Of a stretch of 64,000 nt of DNA, positions 1 to 17,925 are shown piece after piece (within the stretch, counting starts at the first letter, position 1; each line of letters starts with the position of its first letter). The notes below the pieces were generated by a model. It was given only the letters and a program-made list of their open reading frames with translations. It had not been told where the DNA came from and did not search any database. Origin of the DNA: the human T2T-CHM13v2.0 reference genome, Homo sapiens; assembly GCF_009914755.1 (NCBI RefSeq), contig NC_060938.1; one strand, given 5' to 3'. Position numbers and translations under genes: made by a program.

Positions 1-740
1 CTGTAGGCAGAGCCTACACAAGTGTTACCATCACTTAGGTGATCAGTGCAGAGATATGTCACAATACACCCTGTAAGCAGAGCCTAGACCAGAGTTACAT
101 CACCTGGGTGATCAGTGCAGTGATATGTGACAAGGTCCCTTTAAGCAGAGCCTAGACAATAGTTACATCACCTGAGTAATCAGTGCAGAGATATGTCACA
201 ATGACCCCACAGACAAATCCAAGACAAGAATCTGTCACCTAGGTGATCAGTGCAGAAATTTGTGACAATGTCCCCAGTAGTCAGAGCCTAGAGAAGAGTC
301 CCATCACCTGGGTGATCAGTGCAGAGATATTTCACAATGCCCCTGCAGGCAGAGCATAAGCAAAAGTCACATCACCTAGATGATCAGTGCAGAGATATGT
401 CATAAGGCCCCTATAAGCAGAGCCTGGACAAGAGTTACATCACCTCGGTGATCAATGCAGTGATATGTCACTATGCCCCGTAGGCAGAGCCTAGTAACGC
501 GTTACATCACCTGGGTGATTAGTGCAGAGATATGTCACAAAGCCACCATACACAGAGCCTAGGCAAGAGTCCCATCACTTGGGTGATCAGTGCAGAAATA
601 TGTCATAATGCCCCCATTGGCAGATCCAACACAAGAGTTACATCACCTGGGTGATCAGTGCAGAGATATGTCACAAAGCCCCTGTAGGCAGAGCCTAGAC
701 AAGTGTTACATCACTTTGTAGATTAGGTCAGAGATATGTC
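1..740 (+). repeat. Beta satellite (68-bp Sau3A family)
   Basis: Tandem ~68-69 bp monomers of the form CACCTGGGTGATCAGTGCAGAGATATGTCACAATGCCCCTGTAGGCAGAGCCTAGACAAGAGTTACAT. This reading direction is defined as +. Confidence 0.96.
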
Positions 741-1356
741 ATGCTGACTGTTTGCTCCCGGAGCTCTGGAGGCACCTGGAAACATGCAGGGAAGGGTGGA
801 AGACCGGCATGGTGCCTTCACTCTCCTTGCCAGTTTCCAAACCGGCCACACTGCAGACTCCCCATGTTGCTGCACACAGGAATCCATCTTCAGGCCATCA
901 CGCCGGGGAGGTATCTTCTCTCTGGGGTCTCACTCTGGTCTCCTACGTGGAAATGAACGAGAGCCACACGCCTGCGCGAGTGAGACTGTCCCGGAAACGG
1001 CGACACCCACAGGCACTGCCTCCTTCACCGATAGAGGGACTGGAACACTCAAGACTTCCTCGGAGGTTCAGTTCTACACTCCCCTCCACCGTCCCAGGCC
1101 GGTTTTTCCCTGCTGAAGACGCTTTGGAACCCTGAGAGCCTCTTCCAGTTCCCACGGGATTCCTGGAGAGTTCCGGAGAGCCAGCCCCCAAAACACGCCA
1201 CCCTCACCCCTTCCCCCTAGAACCCTTCCTCTTCGTCTCTCCGGTCCCACCACCACCCTCACCACGCCCTCCCCCCACACACCACCACACCCCGGCCGCA
1301 GGCCTCGACGCCCTGGTACCCTTCCGTGGTGGGGCGAGCTGTCCCAGGGCTCACCG

Positions 1357-2757
<1,401 letters not shown>

Positions 2758-3347
2758 GACGTGGGGTTTGGAAGGGGTCCGTTCTTGGCAGGGCGGTGTC
2801 GTCTCTTTCACGGGGAACACCTGGCTGGTTATGGAGGGGTGTGTCTTCCCCTCGCCACCTCAACCAGGCTGACCGGTCTGGGATTCCTGCCTTCTAGGTC
2901 TAGGCCCAGTGAGAGGCTCCACACAGCGAAGAACTGCCATTCTTTCCTGGGCATCCCGGGGATCCCAGAGCCGGCCCAGGTACCAGCAGGTGGGCTGCCA
3001 ACTGCCCATGCGTGCGTTTGTGGGCCGCCGCCAGGGCTGTGGGAGCAGCCCGGGCAGAGCTCTCATGCCTTTCCACCACCCCACCACAGCCTGACCATCC
3101 CCTCCCCATCCCCACACCCCAACCCCGGAAAATGCGTCCTCCCCTGCCCTGGGTGGAGACCCCCATCCCGCGAAACACCAGGCCCGCGCAGCGTCCAGGC
3201 CTGACAACCCTCCAGCAGCTCGCCTCCTCTGCGCCTCCGTGCCACCGTCGCCGGGCTGCCTGGGCCCCTGCAGCCTCCCAGCTGCCACCATGGAGCGCTT
3301 GGCGGCGGAACGCATAACTCTAGCACTTTTTCCCACCTCCTGGCTAG

Positions 3348-3545
3348 ACCTGCACTCATTTTGCTCCCGGGCTGAATTGCAAGGGAGCCCGCTGGCCTCT
3401 CTGTGTCCTTGTCCATCCGTGAAATTCTGGCTGAGGCTCTCCCAACACCTTCCGCCACTTTTTAGTCAGAGCCTGGAGCATAGTTATATCTCCTGGATGA
3501 TCGGTTCAGAAATACGTCACAATGCCCCTTCCCTGCGGAGACTAG
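3348..3545 (+). other. Homolog of DUX4 exon 3/pLAM, without a poly(A) signal
   Basis: Acceptor-like tggctAG|ACCTG, then GCAAGGGAGCCCGCTGGCCTCTCTGTG..CCGTGAAATTCTGGCTGA running into beta satellite. GTCACA (3516-3521) lies where 4qA has ATTAAA. Confidence 0.75.
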
Positions 3546-6500
3546 AGAAGATTTGCATCATTTGGGTGATCAGTGCAGAGATATATCACAATCTCCCCTG
3601 TAAAAAAAGCCTGGAAATGATCTTCTAGGTTATCAGTGCAGGTATAAATCATAAAGCTTCCTGTAGGCACAGCGTAGACAAGAGTTCCCTCCACAGGGTG
3701 ATCAGTGCAGAGATGTGTCACAAATCCCCTGTAGGCAGAGCCTAGACAAGAGTTTCATCACTTGGTTGATCAGTTCAGAGATGTGTCACAATGTCCATGT
3801 AGGCAGATCTAAGACAAGAGTCCATCACCTGGGTGATCAGAGCAGAGATATGTACCTATGTCCCCTGTAGGCAGTGCCTAGACAAGAGTTGCATCAACTC
3901 AGAGATCAGTGCATAGATATGTCACAAAGCCTTCTGTAGGCAAAGCCCATACAAGGCTTACATCACCTAGGTGATCAGTGCAGTGATATGTCACAAAAAT
4001 CCCTGTAGACAGAGCCTAGACAAGAGTTGCATTACCTGGGTGATCAGTGCAGATATTTGACACAATGCCCCTATAGACAGAGCCTAGACAAGACTTCCAT
4101 CACCTGGGTGATCAGTGCACAGATATGTCACAAATCCCCCTCTAGACAGAGTATAGAGAAGAGTCCCATCAACTGGGTGATCAGTGCAGAGATATTTCAC
4201 AATGTCCCCTGTAGGCAGAGAGTGGACAAGATTTACATAACCTAGTTGATCTGTGCAGAGGTATGTCAAAACGCCCCTGTAGGCAGATCCTAGATAAGTG
4301 TCACATCACCTGGGTGATCAGTGCATAGATACCTCAGCATACGCCCAGTAGGTGGAGCCTAGACAAGAGTTACATCACCTGGGTGATCAGTACAGAGATA
4401 TTTCACAAAGCCCCTGTAGGCAGAGTCTAAACAAGAGTTATATCTCCTGGGTGATCAGTGCAGAAATGTGTCACAAAGCCACTGTATGCAGAGCCTAGAC
4501 ACGGGTTACATCTCCTGAGTGATCAGTGCAAAGATATGTCACAAAGCCCCCTGTAGGCAAATCCGAGAAAATTGCTACATCACCTGGGTGATCAGTGGCC
4601 ATATCTGTAACAATTCCCCTTTAGGCGCAGCTTACACAAGCGTTACATCACATGAGTGCTCAGTGCAGAGATATGTCACTATGCCCCCATAGGCAGACAC
4701 AAGACAAGAGTCCATCACCTGGGTGATCAGTGCAGAAATATGCCACAATGCCGCCAGTAGGCAGATATAGAAAAGAGTTACATCACCTGCGTGATCACTG
4801 CAGAGATATGTCACAATGCCCCTGTAGGCAGAACCTAGACAAGTGTCCCATCACCTGCGTGATCAGTGCAGAGTTATGTCACAATGCCCCCTTTTGGCAG
4901 AGCCTAGACAAGGGTTACATCATCTGGGTGATCAGTGGAGAGATGTGACACATGCCCCTGTAGCCAGAGCCTTGACAACAGTTACATCAGCTGTGTGATC
5001 AGTGCAGTGACAAGTCACAATGTCCCTGAAGCCATATCCTTGACAAAAGTGACATCATCTGGGTGACCAGTGCAGAGATATGTCACAATGTCTCCAGTAG
5101 GCAGAGCCTAGACAAGAGGTACATCACCTGGGTGATCAGCACAGAGATATGTCACAATGCCCCCTGGAAGCAGATCCTAGTGAAGAGTTGCATCACCTCA
5201 GTGATCAGTGCAGAGATATGTCTCAATGCCCCCTGTTGGCGAAGCCTATAAAACAGTTACATCATCTCGGTGATCAGTGCAGTGATATGTTAAAATGCCC
5301 CTGTAGGCAGAGCCTAGACAAGATTTACATCACCTGGGTGATCTGTGCAGATATGTCATAAATCCCACTGTAGGCAAAGCCTACACAAGTTTTACATCAC
5401 CTCAGTGATCAGTGCAGAGTTATATCCCAATGTCCCTCTAGGCAGAGCTTAGACAAGGGTCACATCTCCTGGGTGATCAGTGCAGAGATAAGTCACAATG
5501 CCTCCGTAGGCAGAGCCTAGACAAGAGTTACATAACCAGGGTGATCCGTGCAGACTGATGTCACAATGCACTCTGTAGGCAGAGACTAGAAAAGAGTTAC
5601 ATCACCTGGGTGATCAGTGCAGAGATATATCACAATGCCCCCAGTAGGCAGAGCATAGAGAAGAGTTGCATCACCTGGGTGATCATTGCAGAGATATGTC
5701 ACAATGTCCCCTGTAAGCAGAGAATAGAGGAGAGTTGCATCACCTGGGTGATCAGTGCAGTGATATGTCACTATGTCCCCTGTAGGCAAAGCCTAGGCAA
5801 GAGTTACATCACCATTGTCATCAGTTCAGGGATATGTGAAAACACCCCTGTAGGCAGAGCCTAGACAAGAGTTACAACCCCTAGTTGATCAGTGCAGAGA
5901 TATTTCACAATACCCCCTGTAGGCAGATCCAAGACAAGAGTTGAATCACCTGGGTGATCAGTGCAGAGATATTTCACAATGCCCCCTTTGGGCAGAGGGT
6001 AGACAAGAGTTACATCACCTCGGTGATCAGTGCAGAGATTTGTCAAAATTCCCTGTAGGCAGTGCTTATAAAAGTGTTACATCACCTAAGTGATCAGTGC
6101 AGAGATATGTCACAAATCTCCTGTAGGCAGAACTTAGATGAGTTACATCATCTGGGTGATCAGTGCAAATGTATGTCACAAAGCCCCCCGTAGGCAAAGC
6201 CTAGAAAACAGTTACTTCACTTGGGTGATCAGTGGCGAGATTTCTCACAGTTCCCCTGTAGGCAGGGGTGATCACCCGGGTGATCAGTGCAGAGATATGT
6301 CACAATGCCCCCATAGACAAATCCAAGACAAGAATCTGTCACCTGGGTGATCAGTGCACAAATATGTGACCATGCCCCCAGTAGGCAGAGCCTAGAGAAG
6401 AGTCCCATCACCTGGGTGATCAGTGCAGAGATATTTCACAATACTCCTGCAGGCAGAGCGCAAACAAGTGTTACATCACCGAGATGATCAGTGCAGAGAT

Positions 6501-6913
6501 GTGTCATAAGGCCCCCTATAGGCAGAGCTCAGACAAGAGTTACATCACCTTCGTGATCAATGCAGTTATATGTCACTATGCCCTGTAGGCAGAGCCTAGT
6601 CAAGTGTTACATCACCTGGGTGATCAGTGCAGAGATATGTCACAAAGACCCCATACACAGAGCCTAGACAAGAAACCCATCACCTGGGTGATCAGTGCAG
6701 AAATAAGTCACAATGCCCCCTTAGGCAGATCCAACACAAGAGTTACATCACCTGGGTGATCAGTATAGAGATATGTCACAATGCCCCTATAGGCAGAGCC
6801 TAGACAAAAGTCCCATCACCTGGGTGATCAGTGCAGAGATATGTCACAAAGCCCCTGTAGGCAGAGCCTAGACAAGGTTTACATCACTTTGTTGATCAGT
6901 TCAGAGATGTGTC
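3461..6913 (+). repeat. Beta satellite
   Basis: About 50 diverged 68-bp monomers in the + orientation. Confidence 0.96.
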
Positions 6914-7529
6914 ATGCTGACTGTTTGCTCCCGGAGCTCTGCGGGCACCCGGAAACATGCAGGGAAGGGTAGAAGACCATCATGGTGCCTTCGCTGTCCC
7001 TGCCAGTTTCCAAACCGGACACACTGCAGACTTCCCATGTTGCTGCACACGGGAAACCATCGTCAGGCCATCAGGCCTGGGAGGCATCTTCTCTCTGGGG
7101 TCTCGCTCTGGTCTCCTACGTGGAAATGAACGAGAGTCACACATCTGCGCGTGTGAGACTGTCCTGGCAACGGCGACACACACAGGCACTGACTACTTCA
7201 CGGAGACAGGGCCTGCAACACTCAAGACTCCCACGGAGGTTCAGTTCCACACTCCCCTCCACCCTCCCAGGCCGGTTTCTCCCTGCTGAAGACGCTTGGG
7301 AGCCCAGAGAGTGGCTTCCAGTTCCCGCGGGATTCCTGGAGAGGTCCGGAGAGCCAGCCCCCGAAACCCACCACCCTCACCCCTTCCCCGTCGCCCCCTT
7401 CCTCTTCGTCTTTCCGGCCCCACCACCACCATCACCACGCCCTCCCCACCAACCCCACCACCACCCGGCCGCAGGCCTCGACGCCCTGGGACCCTTCCAA
7501 GGTTGGGCGGACTGTCCCAGGGCTCACCG

Positions 7530-8974
<1,445 letters not shown>

Positions 8975-9678
8975 GTCGCTGGGTTGGAAAGGTGTTGGGT
9001 CGGGACAGGGCGGTGGCCTCCCTTTCGCGGGGAACACCTGGCTGGCTATGGAGGGGCGTGTCTTCCCCCCCCCCTCCAGCGGGCTGACAGGCCTGGGATT
9101 CCTGCCTTCTAGGTCTAAGCCTGGTGAGAGACTCCACAGAGTGGAGAACTGCCATTCTTTCCTGGGCATCGCGGGGATCCCAGAGCCGGCCAAGGTACCA
9201 GCAGGTGGGCCACCAACTGTGCACGCACGGGTTTGTGGGCAGCCGCCTGGGCTGTGGGAGCAGCCCGTACAGAGCTCTCCTCTCTTTCCTCCACCCCACC
9301 CCCGCCTGACCAGCCCCTCCACACTGCCAGCCCCCACCCGCGGAAAATGCGTCCTCCCCTGGGCTGGGTGGAGACCCCCGTCCCACGAAACACTGGGCCT
9401 GCTCAACGTCCCGGCATGACACCCCTCCGGCGGCTAGCCTCCTCTGCGCCTCCGCAACACCGTCGCCAGCCCGCCCGTGCCCCTGCAGCCTCCCAGCTGC
9501 CACCATGGAGCACCTGGCGGTAGAACGCAGACCTCTAGTTCTCTTTGCCAACCTCCTGGCTAGACCTGCGCTCATTGCGCACCCCGGCTGACGTGCAAGG
9601 GAGCCCGCTGGCCTCTCTGTGCCCTTGTCCATCCGTGAAATTCCGGCTGAGGCTCCCCCAACACCTTCCGACGCTCTT

Positions 9679-10064
9679 TAGTCACAGCCTGCAGAATAGT
9701 TACATCTCCTGGATGATCAGTTCAGAAATATGTCACAATGCCCCTCCCTGCGGAGCCCAGAGAATATTTGCATCATTTGGGTGATCAGTGCAGAGATATT
9801 TCATAATATCACCTGCAAAAAAAGCCTGGAAATGATTTATGTCACCTCGCTGATCAGTGCATACGTGTGTCAGAAATCCCCAGTAGGCTGAACCTAGACA
9901 AGGGTTATATCACTTAGGTGATCAGTGTAGAGATATGTGAAAATTCCCGTGTAGACAGAGCCTAGACAGGTGTTACATCACCTAGTGATCAGTGCAGGGA
10001 TAAGTCGTAAAGACTCCTGTAGGCAGAGGGTAGAAAAGTGTTTCCTCCCTGGGGTGATCAGTGC
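9679..10064 (+). repeat. Beta satellite (includes the end of the pLAM homolog)
   Basis: 68-bp monomers in the + orientation, ending at the strand switch. Confidence 0.93.
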
Positions 10065-12394
10065 CTACTGAAGACATTGTGACATATCTGCGCACTGATC
10101 ACCCAAGTGATGTCACTTTTGTCAAGGATATGGCTACAGGGGCATTGTGACGTGTCACTGCACTGATCACACAGCTGATGTAACACTTGTCTAGGCTCTG
10201 GCTACAGGGGGCTTGTGACACATCTCTGCAATGATCACCCAGGTGATGTAACCCTTGCCTAGGCTCTGCCAAAAGGGGGCATTGTGACATAACTCTGCAC
10301 TGATCACCCAGGTGATGGGACACTTGTCTAGGCTCTGCCTACAGGGGCATTGTGACATATCTCTGCAGTGATCACGCAGGTGATGTAACTCTTGTCTATA
10401 TCTGCCCAATGGCAGCATTGTGGCATATTTCTGCAGTGATCACCCAGGTGATGGACTCATGTCTTGGATCTGCCTATGGGGGCATAGTGACATATCTCTG
10501 CACTGATGATCACCCGGGTTATATAACTCTTGTCTAGGCCTGCCTATGGGGGCATTGTGACTTATCTCTGCACTGATCACCCAGGAGATGTGACTCTTGT
10601 CTAAGCTCTGCCAAGAGGGACACTGGGACATATCTCTGCACTGATTGCTGAGGTGATGTAAAACTTGTCTAGGGTTTGCGTACAGTGGGATTTATGACAT
10701 ATCTCTACACTGATCACCCACGTGATGTAACTCTTGTCTAGACTCTGCTTACAGGGGATATTGTGAGATATCTCTGCACTGATCACCCACGTGATGTAAC
10801 GCTTGTCTAGGCTCGGCCTACAGGGGCTTTGTGACATATTTCTGCACTGATCACCCAGGTGATGTAACTCTTGTCTAGGCTCCACCTACAGGGGCTTTGT
10901 GACATATCTCTGCACTGATCACCCAAGTGATGTAACTCGTGTCTAGGCTCCACCTACAAAGGGTATTGTGACGTATCTCTGCACTGATCACCCAGGTGAT
11001 GTAACTCGTGTCTAGGCTCCACCTACAAAGGGTATTGTGACGTATCTCTGCACTGACCACCCAGGTGATGTAATATTTATCTAGGCTCTGCCTACAGGGG
11101 CGTTTTGACATAGCTCTGCAAAGATCACCTAGGTTATCTAACTCTTTTCCACTCTCTGCCTATAGGGGACATTGTGAAATATCTCTGCACTGATCACCCA
11201 GGTGATGGGAGTCTTGTCTAGGCTCTGTCTATGGGGGCATTGTGTCAAATATCTCCACTGATCACCCAGGTAATGCAACTCTTGTCTAGGCTCTGTCTAC
11301 AGGGATTTTTGTGACATATCACTGCACTGATCACCTAGGTGATGTAAGCCTTGTATGAGCTTTACCTATAGAAGGCTTTGTGACATATCTATGCACTGAT
11401 CTCTGAGGTGATGCAACTCTTGTCTAGGCACTGGCTGCAGGGGACATTGGTACATATCTCTGCTCAGATCACCTATGTTATGGACACTTGTCTTAGATCT
11501 GCCTACATGGACATTGTGACACATCTCTGAACTGATCAACCGAGTGATGAAACTCTTGTCTAGGCTCTGCCTACAGGGGCTTTGTGACACATCTCTGCAC
11601 TGATCACCCCGTGGAGGGAACTCTGGTTTACACTCTGCCTACAAGAGGCTTTATGACTTATACCTGCACTGATAACCTAGGTGATATAACACTTGTCTAG
11701 GCTCTGCCTACACTGGAATTCTCACATATCTCTGCACTGATAACCTGGGTGATGTAACTCCTGTCTAGGTTCAGCCTACAGGAGCGTTTTGACATATCTC
11801 TGCACTGATCACCCTGGTGATGTAACCCTTCTCTAAGCTCTGCCTACAGGGGCATTGTGACATATCTCTCCACTGCTCACCCAGGTGATGTAACAATTGT
11901 CTGGGCTTTGCCTACAGGGGTCTTTGTGATATACATTTCCACTGATCAAACAGGTGATGTAACCCTTGTCAAAGTTCTGCTTATAGGGGCTTTGTGACAT
12001 ATCTCTGCACTGATCACCCCAGGGAGGAAACATTTGTCTACACTCTGCCTACAGGAGGCTTTATGACTTATCCCTGCACTGATCCCTAGGTGATGTAACA
12101 CCTGTCTAGGCTCTGTCTACACGGGAATTTTCACATATCTCTACACTGATCACCTAAGTGATGTAACCCTTGTCTAGGTTCAGCCTACTGGGGATTTCTG
12201 ACATACCTATGCACGATCACCGAGGTGATGTAAATCATTTCCAGGCTTTTTGTACAGGGGACATTGTGATAAATCTCTGCACTGATCACCCAAATGATGC
12301 AAATCTTCTCTAGGCTCCGCAGGGAGGGGGCATTGTGACATATTTCTGAACTGATCGTCCAGGAAGATGTAACTGTTCTCCAGGCTTTGACTAA
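10065..12394 (-). repeat. Beta satellite, inverted
   Basis: Monomers read GCACTGATCACCCAGGTGATGTAACTCTTGTCTAGGCTCTGCC, the reverse complement of the + monomer. Confidence 0.95.
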
Positions 12395-13627
12395 AGAACA
12401 TCGGAAGGTGTTGGGAGAGCCTCAGCCGGAATTTCACGGACGGTCAAGGGCACAGAGAGGCCAGCTGGCTCCCTTGCACGTCAGCCGTGTTGCGCAATGA
12501 GGGCGGGTCTAGCCAGGAGGCCGGCAAAGAGAGCTAGAGGTCTGTGTTCCACCGCCAGGCGCTCCATGGTGGCAGCTGGGAGGCTGAAGGGGTACCGGCA
12601 GGCTGGCAACAGTGGCACGGAGGCGTAGAGGCGGTGAGTCGCCGGAGGGGTGTCAGGCCTGGACGCTGCGCGGGCTTAGTGTTTAGCAGGACGGGGGTCT
12701 CCACCTAGCCCAGGAGAGGACACATTTTCCGGGGGTTGGGGTTGTGGTTGGGGAGGGGGTTGTCAGGCGGGGTGGGGTGGTGGAAAGGCATGAGAGCTCT
12801 GCCCGGGCTGCTCCCACAGCCCAGGCGTCTGCACACAAACCCGCACGTGCGCAGTAGGTGGCCCATCTGCTGATAAGTGGGCCGGCTCTGGGATCCCCGT
12901 GATGCCCAGGAAAGAATGGCAGGTCTCCGCTGGGTGGAGCCTCTCACTGGGCCTAGACCTAGAAGGCAGGAATCCCTGGCCAGTCAGCCCACTGGAGGGG
13001 GCGGGGGGAAGACACACCAATCCATAGCCAGCCAGGTGTTAGCCGTGAAAGTGAGGCCACCGCCCTGCCCTGATCCGATCCCTTCCCAACACGGGGTCCT
13101 GAAGCTCTTCCAGCAGAGCCCGGTATTCTTCCTCGCTGAGGGGTGCTTCCAGCGAGGCGGCCTCTTCCAAGGCCTCCAGCTCCCCTGGGGCCTCGGTTTC
13201 TAGGAAAGGTTGTGCCTGCTGCTGAAACTCCGGGCTCGCCAGGAGCTCAGCCAGCAGCAGGCCGGAGGGGAGTGCAGACGAGCGCTCCGGCTACTGGAGC
13301 GCCTGGGAGGGTGCCAGGATGCCTTGCATCTGCCCCTGCCACGCGGAGGCCTCCGGTGGCTTGGGCTGGTGACGTGGAACTGCCCAGGCTTGGGGTTCCC
13401 ATGCCCCCCGGCGACCTGGGGACCCCAGCCCCAGCCCCGCCACGGAGTCCCCTGGGACTCCAAGGCGTGTTGGCCTGTAGATGGATTCCCGTGTGCGGCA
13501 ACATGGGGAGTCTGCAGTGTGGCCGGTTTGTAAACTGGCAAGGAGAACGAAGGCACCATGCCGGTCTTCCACCCTTCCCTGCATGTTTCCGGGTGTCTGC
13601 AGAGCTCCGGGAGCAAACAGTCAGCAT
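12395..13627 (-). repeat. D4Z4/LSau-like unit 3, internally deleted (~1.5 kb)
   Basis: Same 5' junction (ATG at 13627 on the - strand) and a pLAM-like 3' end. The upstream region is fused directly to the DUX4 3' coding region at 13458/13459. Confidence 0.92.
13099..13458 (-). pseudogene. DUX4L: DUX4-like C-terminal fragment, copy 3 (no homeoboxes)
   Basis: The - strand encodes GAWEPQA..QGQMQGILAPSQALQ*, then an LL(A)[14 protein letters not shown] remnant. The native stop is changed to CAG. Confidence 0.9.

Positions 13628-17925
<4,298 letters not shown>

Noticed and set aside
1190-1300. C-rich tracts with G-quadruplex/i-motif potential (also ~3070-3130 and equivalents)
   Set aside because: This is an expected property of D4Z4/LSau sequence, with nothing locus-specific visible.
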